From the NCBI GenBank assembly GCA_937901525.1, contig CALDHX010000013.1, positions 1,515-65,514 of the forward strand: a stretch of DNA of 64,000 bases, read 5' to 3'. This DNA is from an uncultured Bacteroidales bacterium. Lineage in GTDB: Bacteria > Bacteroidota > Bacteroidia > Bacteroidales > P3. Below the pieces are notes generated by a model that was not told where the DNA came from, searched no databases, and saw only the letters and a program-made list of their open reading frames with translations. The position numbers and the translations under genes are program-made. Shown one piece after another: positions 56,590-64,000 of this stretch; the first letter of the stretch is position 1, and each line of letters begins with the position of its first letter.

Positions 56590-57606
56590 ATGAAAAGTTT
56601 AAAGATTTGGTTACAAAATGCAAGAATGGTTTCATTAGCTCAAAGTTTGCTTCCTGCAATTTTAGCTGTAATTATAGCAATCAATGAGCAAGATTTCAAT
56701 ATTTTTCTTGCAATATTAGCAGTATTAGGTGTTGTTTCAGCACATTTAGGCATGAATTTAGCTGATGATTTTTTTGATTATAAAGTCAATACCGCAGAAA
56801 GCAGAAAAGAACTCTCTCGTCAAGGTTTTAGAGCAAGGATTGTAAAATATCCTTATCTTACATCTAATCAGGCAACTCTTGGTGATTTAAAACGAGCTAT
56901 TATTCTTTTTCTTCTTTTTGCAACAATAATGGGAGGAATTATTTTAGCTCTACGTTTTAATTGGTTGATAGTTCTAATTGCTTTCCTAACTTTATTCTTA
57001 GGAATCTCTTATTCTGGATTTCCTTTTAAGTTTTCATATATAGGATTAGGCGAATTGGTTATCGGAATCATTTTTGGGCCACTTTTAATGATGGGAGTAT
57101 ATATCGCAAGTGCTAATAGATTGGACACTTCTGTTGTTTTAGCCTCTATTCCCGTTGGTTTGTTGGTGGTAAATATTCTTTTTACACATAGTTTCATTGA
57201 TCAAAAAGCAGATGAAAGTGCAGATAAAATGACTTTTGCTCGATTGCTAAAAACAAATAAGGCAAATTTAACTGCAAGCATATTATTTAATTTCATACCT
57301 TATTTAATTATTGTCGCAGGTGTTATATTGAAATATTTACATCCTCTTTATCTTTTAATTTTCCTTGTTTTGCCAAGAAGCATTTGGTTAATAAAAAGTT
57401 TGATTGAGTTTACTAAATCAAACAATACAACTCTTGCAAAACCGCCTAAATATATGGGTAACATGGGAGATTGGGAAAAATTCCAAACAGCAGGAATTGA
57501 TTGGTTTATGGCTCGTTGGCTTGCAGCGAGAAACATACTTTCGTTATTTTGTATAGTAATAATTATAGTTAATATCATATTATGGTTAAGCAAATGTTTT
57601 ATTTAG
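56590..57606 (+). CDS. UbiA-superfamily prenyltransferase, MenA-like
   Basis: N-terminus IWLQNARMVSLAQSLLPAIL, first Asp-rich motif NLADDFFDY, second DQKADESADK, about 9 TM helices. Start moved to ATG 56590. Confidence 0.8.
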   Translation: MKSLKIWLQNARMVSLAQSLLPAILAVIIAINEQDFNIFLAILAVLGVVSAHLGMNLADDFFDYKVNTAESRKELSRQGFRARIVKYPYLTSNQATLGDLKRAIILFLLFATIMGGIILALRFNWLIVLIAFLTLFLGISYSGFPFKFSYIGLGELVIGIIFGPLLMMGVYIASANRLDTSVVLASIPVGLLVVNILFTHSFIDQKADESADKMTFARLLKTNKANLTASILFNFIPYLIIVAGVILKYLHPLYLLIFLVLPRSIWLIKSLIEFTKSNNTTLAKPPKYMGNMGDWEKFQTAGIDWFMARWLAARNILSLFCIVIIIVNIILWLSKCFI

Positions 57607-58478
57607 CCAAATGGTTCTTTGGTGCTAAATTTTTTAATCAAAAAAAAACACTACAAAGTGTAATATTTATATCAGATAAATGTAACCTTGCTTGTAAGCA
57701 TTGCAACGTTTACAACTACGAAAATCCAAATATAAAGACTTACGAACAAATAAGAGAAGAATTAATCTATTGTTATGAGCAAGGATCTCGCTTTATAGAC
57801 TTTGAAGGAGGCGAACCATTTATTTGGGAAGATGGAGAAAAACGCATAGACGACCTAATAGATTTAGCAAAGTCCATAGGATTTTATTCTTGCACAATTA
57901 CAACAAATGCACAAAGGCCTTTTATCAACTCACGTGCCGATAGCATTTGGGTAAGCCTTGACGGAGTTGGAGAATATCACGAAAGAATTAGAGGAAAAGG
58001 CACTTTTGCTAATTTAGAAAAGAACATCTCTACATGTAATCACAAAGCATTGAGTGTAAATATGGCAATAAACACTCTAAACTATGAATCAGTTGCCAAG
58101 ACAATAGAATATGCAAAGAATAGCCCTTATATAAAATCTATTTCATTGAATTTCCATACTCCATTTAAAGGCACAGAATACCTTGCCTTAGATATGGAGA
58201 AAAGACAAGAAATAATAGATATGATTATTTCCTATAAGAAAAAAGGTTATCCTATCATGAATTCCGTTGCAGGATTAAAAAAAATGAAAAAATTAGATTT
58301 CACTCCTCAATGTTGGGTAACAAATTTCATTTTTTCAGATGGAACAAAAACAACTCAATGTATAGGAAAAGAACAAGGAGTTTGTGATAAATGTGGTTTT
58401 TGTATGGCAGGAGAAATGAATGCTGTTTTCAATTTCCACCCAAGCACTATTTTTGCAGGACTTAAATTAAGATTATAA
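57582..58478 (+). CDS. Radical SAM enzyme with C-terminal Cys-rich (SPASM/twitch-like) auxiliary-cluster region
   Basis: CxxxCxxC motif SDKCNLACKHCNVY, a GGEPF glycine motif, and the C-terminal C-x17-C-x7-C-x2-C-x2-C. Overlaps the prenyltransferase stop by 13-25 nt. Confidence 0.85.
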   Translation: MVKQMFYLAKWFFGAKFFNQKKTLQSVIFISDKCNLACKHCNVYNYENPNIKTYEQIREELIYCYEQGSRFIDFEGGEPFIWEDGEKRIDDLIDLAKSIGFYSCTITTNAQRPFINSRADSIWVSLDGVGEYHERIRGKGTFANLEKNISTCNHKALSVNMAINTLNYESVAKTIEYAKNSPYIKSISLNFHTPFKGTEYLALDMEKRQEIIDMIISYKKKGYPIMNSVAGLKKMKKLDFTPQCWVTNFIFSDGTKTTQCIGKEQGVCDKCGFCMAGEMNAVFNFHPSTIFAGLKLRL

Positions 58479-58479
58479 T

Positions 58480-59751
58480 ATGTTTAAACGCCCAATTATT
58501 ATCCCTCTTATCTTTTTGATTATTGGGATAATAATTGTGGATTCTTTTATTCCCGTTTTCTTTGTCAATGATCACTATTCTGTTCATTTTGACAAAGCAA
58601 TCTCTTTTCGCTATTTAATTACAGATAATTATAAACCAAAAACTAATTGGACGACCTATCAAGCAAAAGTCATTGAATATTTTGACGGAAACAGTTGGCA
58701 AAAAACCAAAGGAAAAGTTTTAATCAATTTCCCAAAAGATTGTAAACAGTTTAACTATGGAGACGTAATTGAAAGCAAGGAAAGAATGCAGAGAATACGT
58801 AATTTCAAAGGCCTTACATTTGATTACCAAAAATACATGAATCACAAACGTCTATATCATAATGTTTACTGCAAAGATTACAAAATAATCAATCACAATA
58901 AAGGGAATAAAATCATAAAATGGGCAAAAAACGCTAACGAAAGTCTTAAAAACAGGATAAAATCCTCAAACATTTCACAACGAAACGCTAATCTTGCAAT
59001 TTCTTTATTACTTGGAGACAAGTCAAAACTTGATTTAGATATAAAAAACAGTTTTTCTATAACAGGAATTGCGCACATATTATGCGTTTCAGGTCTTCAC
59101 ATAGGTTTAATCCTTGGATTTATTCAATTAATCACTAAATTTATCTGTCTTTTTGGCTTACGATTCTATTATCTTAGACAAATATTATTAGTTATTATTG
59201 CTTGGCTAATCGCATTGATTATAGGTTGCAGTCCATCTTCATTAAGAGTTGCGTTAATGTTTACAATACTTATTCTTTCTAAGCATCTGCCAATTCAAAC
59301 CGATTCATTAAACACTCTTTATTGTACTGCATTTTTTCTATTGCTTACAAACCCATTACTTTTATTTGACATAAGTTTTCAGCTCTCATTTTTGGCCGTC
59401 TTAGGCATATTAGTATGCGTGCCAATCATTGAAAGATTTCTCTCAAAGCACAAAACGAAGAATTTTTTCAAACCAATAATTCAAAATGCAACAATAAGTC
59501 TCTCGGCACAAGCCTTTACAGCTCCTATTATCATTTATAATTTCAAAACATTCCCTATTTTATTCTTGCTAACCAATATTATTGTTGTTCCTTTTCTTGG
59601 GTTTGTTTTAATAAGTATTATTACATTGATTCTTTTTGTAGAAATTCCGCTACTAAACACTATAACATCTTTCTTAGTTGAAATAGAGTTAGACGTTTTA
59701 ATTGCTATTGCTAATTTTTTTAAGAATTTAACCTTAGCAATAACTATTTAA
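58480..59751 (+). CDS. comEC: ComEC/Rec2-family membrane channel protein, short form without a metallo-beta-lactamase domain
   Basis: N-terminal OB/DUF4131-like region and the competence-domain motif ITGIAHILCVSGLHIGLI, 423 aa. Starts 2 nt after the rSAM stop. Confidence 0.78.
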   Translation: MFKRPIIIPLIFLIIGIIIVDSFIPVFFVNDHYSVHFDKAISFRYLITDNYKPKTNWTTYQAKVIEYFDGNSWQKTKGKVLINFPKDCKQFNYGDVIESKERMQRIRNFKGLTFDYQKYMNHKRLYHNVYCKDYKIINHNKGNKIIKWAKNANESLKNRIKSSNISQRNANLAISLLLGDKSKLDLDIKNSFSITGIAHILCVSGLHIGLILGFIQLITKFICLFGLRFYYLRQILLVIIAWLIALIIGCSPSSLRVALMFTILILSKHLPIQTDSLNTLYCTAFFLLLTNPLLLFDISFQLSFLAVLGILVCVPIIERFLSKHKTKNFFKPIIQNATISLSAQAFTAPIIIYNFKTFPILFLLTNIIVVPFLGFVLISIITLILFVEIPLLNTITSFLVEIELDVLIAIANFFKNLTLAITI

Positions 59752-60307
59752 ACAATTGTAATTTAGATTTTGAATAAGTGTAATAGACATCTCTTCCATT
59801 AAGCGTTGCTTCCTCTGACATACCAGGATAAATTACAACAAGAGGTGTTTCAAAACTAAAAATAATTCTATCAGACACTTTTACAATTGAAACAAATGGT
59901 GAAATACTATTGTAATTCATTCTTCCATCTTCCCCTTTTGTGTATGCAGCAACAGACAATTCACCTATATATTGGTATCTACCTTTATTAAAAGAAACAA
60001 CATCGCAACCTATACTATAATCCACCTTTTTATCTAAAAGCAAAATGAAGGTTTTCAACTTTGAATTATAATAAACTCTCGGGCTTACCACAACATCTTC
60101 CTCTGTTGTTTCATATTTGTGTCCACAAATATTCAATTCACTATTACTTACTCGTTGTATAACAAGAGTATCTTTTGCTGCCACATAAACCTTTACTTCA
60201 TCGTTTGATAATTGTTGCACAACATCTACAACCTCATAACTATATTGAGAAAACGCATTCAAACTACAAAGAATGCAAAGAGAAAAACTTAATAATAATC
60301 TTTTCAT
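59744..60307 (-). CDS. Secreted hypothetical protein (187 aa)
   Basis: Signal peptide MKRLLLSFSLCILCSLNAFSQ. Start overlaps the upstream stop by 1 nt. Confidence 0.6.
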   Translation of the reverse strand: MKRLLLSFSLCILCSLNAFSQYSYEVVDVVQQLSNDEVKVYVAAKDTLVIQRVSNSELNICGHKYETTEEDVVVSPRVYYNSKLKTFILLLDKKVDYSIGCDVVSFNKGRYQYIGELSVAAYTKGEDGRMNYNSISPFVSIVKVSDRIIFSFETPLVVIYPGMSEEATLNGRDVYYTYSKSKLQLFK

Positions 60308-61023
60308 TATTGTCTTGGTTTTAATAAAATACCATCTACATCATATATTTCTACGCCTTGTGGCGTTCCATCTGAAAGAAAATATTCCCATTTGCCTATT
60401 TTCTTTCCCATTTTATATTGCCCTTTTATCAATGTGCCACCTTCTTTTGTGAAAACTTGATAAAGGCTATCTTGCATACCATCTTTATAATAATGTATAG
60501 AATTTATTTGTCCGTTTTCATACCAAGAAATACTTTCACCTTGTTGAATATTTCCTATTGTATTAATTTTTTGACAAATAGAGAAGTCTTCAAAAAATTT
60601 ATAAAAAACCTCTCCATTAGTTTTTTTGACTTTAATATCACACAAACCATTATCTTCTGCAAAATGCAAAGATAACACTCTATCTTCTGAGGAAACTATT
60701 TCCTTTGCTTTATTATCATTAACTATCCACTTACTTCCTGCTTCATTATTGGTAAAATCTGCTTTTGCAAACACATCTCCTGTTGAAAAATAAAACACCC
60801 ATTCACCTGTCTTATTACCATCTTTATCAAATCCTCCTACTATTCGTTTTTGCTTATTATCATAATAATGTATTTCTTTAACTTTTATCTTTTTACCATT
60901 ATCCTCTTTATATAAATAGACCAATTTAGAGGCTCCATTATCATATTTTTCTATCACTTCTTCTTTTGTACAAGAAAGAATTAAAAAGAAAACTCCAAAA
61001 ATCAAAATAAGATTCTTTTTCAT
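60307..61023 (-). CDS. Lipoprotein with MORN-variant (YwqK-like) repeats
   Basis: Lipobox FLILSC and repeated G(E/K)W.(F/Y)(Y/F)..G motifs (GEWVFYFSTGD, GKWEYFLSDG). Confidence 0.65.
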   Translation of the reverse strand: MKKNLILIFGVFFLILSCTKEEVIEKYDNGASKLVYLYKEDNGKKIKVKEIHYYDNKQKRIVGGFDKDGNKTGEWVFYFSTGDVFAKADFTNNEAGSKWIVNDNKAKEIVSSEDRVLSLHFAEDNGLCDIKVKKTNGEVFYKFFEDFSICQKINTIGNIQQGESISWYENGQINSIHYYKDGMQDSLYQVFTKEGGTLIKGQYKMGKKIGKWEYFLSDGTPQGVEIYDVDGILLKPRQ

Positions 61024-61048
61024 CGTCGTTTAGTAAATTTATTTTTGG

Positions 61049-61056
61049 CAAAGTTA
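61049..61056 (-). promoter_or_regulatory. -7 box TAACTTTG (minus strand) for the 61023 operon
   Basis: caaagtta on the plus strand, 26 nt upstream of the ATG. Confidence 0.5.
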
Positions 61057-61130
61057 CAACTAAATGCAAAAAAAACTAATAAAAAATTAAAACTTTTCGT
61101 ATTTTTTTATTGTTATTTCAAAGAATGATG

Positions 61131-61138
61131 TATCTTTG
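61131..61138 (+). promoter_or_regulatory. -7 box TATCTTTG for the ferredoxin gene
   Basis: Exact TAnnTTTG 33 nt upstream of ATG 61171. ATTG lies 26 nt upstream. Confidence 0.55.
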
Positions 61139-61170
61139 CAAAAGTTTTAAACCCTAAAAAATTAAAGAAA

Positions 61171-61341
61171 ATGGCTTATAAAATTACAGACAGTTGTGCA
61201 GCATGTGGCACATGTATTGATGAATGTCCAGTAGGAGCAATATCTGAAGGCGATATCTATGTAATAGATGCAGAAAAATGCGTTAGCTGTGGAACATGTG
61301 CTGACGTTTGTCCTATGGAAGCAATTCAACCTGAAGATTAA
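61171..61341 (+). CDS. 2x[4Fe-4S] ferredoxin (56 aa). Not in the ORF track.
   Basis: Manual translation gives MAYKITDSCAACGTCIDECPVGAISEGDIYVIDAEKCVSCGTCADVCPMEAIQPED, with two CxxCxxCxxxCP motifs. Has its own promoter and terminator. Confidence 0.88.
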   Translation: MAYKITDSCAACGTCIDECPVGAISEGDIYVIDAEKCVSCGTCADVCPMEAIQPED

Positions 61342-61364
61342 TTCTTACAGAGAGAAATTGAAGG

Positions 61365-61396
61365 AAGCCCTATGTATTTGTGCATAGGGCTTTTTT
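61365..61396 (+). terminator. Rho-independent terminator of the ferredoxin gene
   Basis: aagccctatg-(8 nt)-catagggctt followed by TTTT. Confidence 0.75.
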
Positions 61397-61419
61397 AATA
61401 TTAACAAAAGATTTAGATT

Positions 61420-62079
61420 ATGAACATATCAGATTTATGCAAGAAAATAGCAGAAAAATCTTCTTTGCTTGATAATATTTTGAATAACACAAAGGATTCT
61501 TTCTTCCTTTTCAAAGAAACTGCACAAGAAATAATAAAACAAATGCAAAAAGACTCTCCTGAGACTAAATTTGTATTTCAAAACAAATCAGAATTAGAAT
61601 TTGAAATTCGTTTTGGCGAAGACATTCTAATCTTTACTATGCATACAAATATTTTTGAATTTTCTCGACAACACGAAGTAATGAAATTGCCTTACGTAAC
61701 GCAAGACAAAGAACGCTCTTTTTGTGGAATGATAAATATTTACAACTTTCTATCAGATTCTTTTGACTACGATAGAGATTATGATATAGGATATTTAATA
61801 GGAAGAGTATTCATAAATAAGGAAAATCACTACTTCATAGAAGGCAAAAGAGAAGTTGGTTTATTATACTCAAATTTTAACACATCTGTCATAAATAAGG
61901 ACTCTGTTAGTAGCATAATACTCTCTTCAATGGAATATGCTAACAATTTTGACCTATTAGTTCCGCCTTTTGATGAAGTAAAAACCATAAGCGTTGGCGA
62001 AATGAAGCTAAATTCCTCTGCAAAAAGATTTATTACAGCAAAAAGATTAGGCTTTGAATTTCAGCAAGATAGAGAATAA
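61420..62079 (+). CDS. Hypothetical cytoplasmic protein (219 aa)
   Basis: Clean ORF with no signal peptide and no motif I recognise. Confidence 0.6.
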   Translation: MNISDLCKKIAEKSSLLDNILNNTKDSFFLFKETAQEIIKQMQKDSPETKFVFQNKSELEFEIRFGEDILIFTMHTNIFEFSRQHEVMKLPYVTQDKERSFCGMINIYNFLSDSFDYDRDYDIGYLIGRVFINKENHYFIEGKREVGLLYSNFNTSVINKDSVSSIILSSMEYANNFDLLVPPFDEVKTISVGEMKLNSSAKRFITAKRLGFEFQQDRE

Positions 62080-62113
62080 TCAAGAAAAAAAATGAAAAAA
62101 ATCTTAAAAAAAA

Positions 62114-62144
62114 TTTGGTAGTATAGAATTTTGTTGTAATTTTG
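62114..62144 (+). promoter_or_regulatory. tRNA-Glu/rpsT promoter: -33 TTTG (62114-62117) and -7 TAATTTTG (62137-62144)
   Basis: G-to-G spacing of 27 nt. Preceded by three A7-A8 tracts spaced about 10.5 nt apart (62085-62113). Confidence 0.65.
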
Positions 62145-62165
62145 CATCGTCAAACAAGGCAAGAC

Positions 62166-62240
62166 GCCCCGTTCGTCTAGTTGGCCTAGGACGCAAGATT
62201 TTCATTCTTGAAATCAGGGGTTCGAATCCCCTACGGGGTA
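62166..62240 (+). tRNA. tRNA-Glu (anticodon TTC)
   Basis: GCCCCGT-TC-GTCT-AGTTGGCCTA-GGAC-G-CAAGA-TTTTCAT-TCTTG-AAATC-AGGGG-TTCGAAT-CCCCT-ACGGGGT-A. The 1:72 pair is G-U. Confidence 0.85.
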
Positions 62241-62276
62241 CTAAAGATTTAAAGAAAAAGAGAAAGAAAAAAAGAG

Positions 62277-62531
62277 ATGGCAAATCATAAAAGTGCAATA
62301 AAAAGAGTTCGTGCAAACGACAAGAAAAGAATAGCAAATCGTTACTATGCTAAAACAATGAGAAATGCTTTAAAAGATTTCAGAATGACTGAAGACTTAA
62401 ACGAAGCAGCTACTAAATTACCTAAATTGGTTGCTCAAATAGACAAATTAGCTAAGCGTTCTGTTATTCACAAAAACAAAGCAGCAAATCTTAAATCAAA
62501 ATGTATGAAGAGAGTTGCTTCTGTTAAATAA
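62277..62531 (+). CDS. rpsT: 30S ribosomal protein S20
   Basis: [23 protein letters not shown]-terminus, 84 aa, basic. Confidence 0.95.
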   Translation: MANHKSAIKRVRANDKKRIANRYYAKTMRNALKDFRMTEDLNEAATKLPKLVAQIDKLAKRSVIHKNKAANLKSKCMKRVASVK

Positions 62532-62563
62532 AGACATCTTAAAAACAAAAACATAAAACCTCC

Positions 62564-62590
62564 AAAGCCCCTTATCCTTAAGGGGCTTTT
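62564..62590 (+). terminator. Rho-independent terminator of rpsT
   Basis: aaagcccctta-tcct-taaggggcttt followed by T-rich sequence. Confidence 0.75.
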
Positions 62591-62606
62591 CCGTTATATA
62601 TAAGTT

Positions 62607-63383
62607 ATGAAGCTAATTGACACACATACTCATTTGTATGAAGAAAGTTTTACTGAGGATTTGGACTTGGTAATAAAGAGAGCAAACGACAATGGCATAT
62701 ATAGAATGTATATTCCAAACGTTGATGAAACCACAATAAAGCCTCTAATTTCTCTTTGTGAGAAATATGATTGTTGCAAGCCGATGATGGGACTTCACCC
62801 TACAAGTGTAAAAGAAAATTTTAAAGATTCCCTATCTATTATCAAAGAAACATTATTTGAAAATCCCGAAAAATTTTGTGCAGTTGGCGAAATAGGAATA
62901 GATTTGTATTGGGACAAAACCTTTTTAGAACAACAAACAATAGCATTCAAAGAACAAATTTCTTGGGCTTTGGAATTAAAAAAACCATTCATTGTACACG
63001 CAAGAAAAAGCTTTGATGAAATATATCATTGCTTAAAATCCATAAACAAAAACAAATACTCTGGAATATTTCATTGCTTTGGAGGAGATTTAAACCAAGC
63101 AAAATTACTAATCGAAATGGGATTTAAGATAGGAATTGGCGGAGTAATTACATTTAAAAACTCAAAACTATCAGAAATCGTAAAACAAATAGACATAAAA
63201 GACATAGTTTTAGAAACCGATTCGCCATATCTTGCACCCGTACCACACAGAGGAAAACGCAATGAAAGTGCCTACATATTAGATATAGCAAAATTTATAG
63301 CCGAAGTAAAAGAAATGCCATTAGAACAAGTAGCCGAAATCACAACACAAACAGCCTTAAACATATTTGAAAATGAAAATTAA
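62607..63383 (+). CDS. tatD: TatD-family metal-dependent hydrolase/DNase
   Basis: IDTHTHL N-terminus, VGEIGIDLYW, FIVHARKS, ETDSPYLAP. Confidence 0.92.
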   Translation: MKLIDTHTHLYEESFTEDLDLVIKRANDNGIYRMYIPNVDETTIKPLISLCEKYDCCKPMMGLHPTSVKENFKDSLSIIKETLFENPEKFCAVGEIGIDLYWDKTFLEQQTIAFKEQISWALELKKPFIVHARKSFDEIYHCLKSINKNKYSGIFHCFGGDLNQAKLLIEMGFKIGIGGVITFKNSKLSEIVKQIDIKDIVLETDSPYLAPVPHRGKRNESAYILDIAKFIAEVKEMPLEQVAEITTQTALNIFENEN

Positions 63384-64000
63384 AAGAATCATCGCATTAC
63401 TAATTGCAAGCATTATTTCCACCTTAGGATTGATAGCACAAGAAAATCAAACGCAAACAAATGGAAAGCCAATCATTCAAGTATTTGGCGATTTCTACAC
63501 AGGCTTTGGAGACAACAAAGAAGAAGCGGGCTTTGCACTAAACAGAGCATACTTAGGCTATCAATACGAACTAAAAAAGGGCTTATCAATAAAAGCAGTT
63601 ATGGACATAGGCGAGTCAAAGCAAGTAAACGACTATCAACGCATAGCCTACATAAAAAACGCACAAATTTCATGGAAACGCAACAATCTTACGCTTAACG
63701 CAGGATTGATTTCCACAACACAATTCAACGAAATAGAAAAATTTTGGGGCAAAAGATACGTAGCAAAATCCTTTCAAGACGAATATAAATTTGGACATAG
63801 TGCAGACTTAGGGCTATCGGCAGCATATAAATTTGGAGAAATTCTCTCAATTGATGCAATCATAACAAACGGAGAAGGATATAAAAAACTACAACAAAAC
63901 AATAGTTTTCAATATGGCTTAGGAGCAACAATAAACCCAATAAAGAATTTGTATTTTCGCCTATACGGAGGAGTAAACGATGAAAATCAAGCAAATTTCT
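63373..64000 (+). CDS. Outer-membrane porin-like protein, N-terminal part (runs off the window end). Not in the ORF track.
   Basis: ATG at 63373 overlaps the tatD stop. Translation gives MKIKRIIALLIASIISTLGLIAQ... (signal peptide), then an alternating beta-strand pattern (FALNRAYLGYQYEL, LGLSAAYKFGE). The frame is open to the window edge. Confidence 0.6.
   Translation, partial: MKIKRIIALLIASIISTLGLIAQENQTQTNGKPIIQVFGDFYTGFGDNKEEAGFALNRAYLGYQYELKKGLSIKAVMDIGESKQVNDYQRIAYIKNAQISWKRNNLTLNAGLISTTQFNEIEKFWGKRYVAKSFQDEYKFGHSADLGLSAAYKFGEILSIDAIITNGEGYKKLQQNNSFQYGLGATINPIKNLYFRLYGGVNDENQANF

Noticed and set aside
57640-57648. The A9 tract in the 5' end of the radical-SAM gene might be a phase-variation switch.
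   Set aside because: A7-A9 runs are very common throughout this AT-rich window, for example at 37486-37500 and 62085-62113. The tract alone is therefore not evidence, and read-level heterogeneity would be needed.
59744-61023. The YwqK-like (MORN-variant) gene and its overlapping neighbour might form a toxin-antitoxin pair.
   Set aside because: Both proteins start with clear signal or lipoprotein peptides, so they are exported envelope proteins. No toxin-like domain is recognisable.

Overview
AT-rich, gene-dense chromosomal window with clear Bacteroidota hallmarks. TAnnTTTG -7 boxes sit about 26-28 nt downstream of TTTG -33 boxes in front of most transcription units. Three proteins end in T9SS C-terminal sorting domains, and the tmRNA encodes the tag GENNYALAA. 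I support about 57 CDS (three absent from the ORF track: two edge-truncated genes and a 56-aa ferredoxin), 4 tRNAs (Lys-CTT, Asp-GTC, Cys-GCA, Glu-TTC) and 1 tmRNA. Content is mostly housekeeping: dxs, nadB, F-ATPase atpEFHAG plus a displaced atpB, serS, rdgB, dnaG, acyl-CoA carboxyltransferase with a biotinyl protein, mnmG, ybeY, mrdA-rodA, dsbD, ahcY, ddl, ispB, rpsT and tatD. I found no integrase, transposase, reverse transcriptase, CRISPR array or recognisable defence or toxin gene, so I do not claim a mobile element or immune system here. Four things deserve a second look. (1) A family of exactly 21-nt-phased CTTTG/CAAAG-cored A/T-tract mini-repeats occurs in four intergenic regions and in frame inside two CDSs, and one intergenic copy matches a CDS copy 26 kb away at 36 of 39 positions. 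(2) The F-ATPase operon is split: atpB lies 18.8 kb from atpE and overlaps the start of a 1126-aa coiled-coil membrane protein. (3) A TlpA / beta-barrel / Omp28-like CxxC / T9SS-cargo envelope module is present, with a second Omp28-like-T9SS fusion elsewhere in the window. (4) A MenA-like UbiA prenyltransferase is translationally coupled to a small radical-SAM enzyme and is divergent from ispB. All functional calls come from motif recognition by eye, since no database search was possible.
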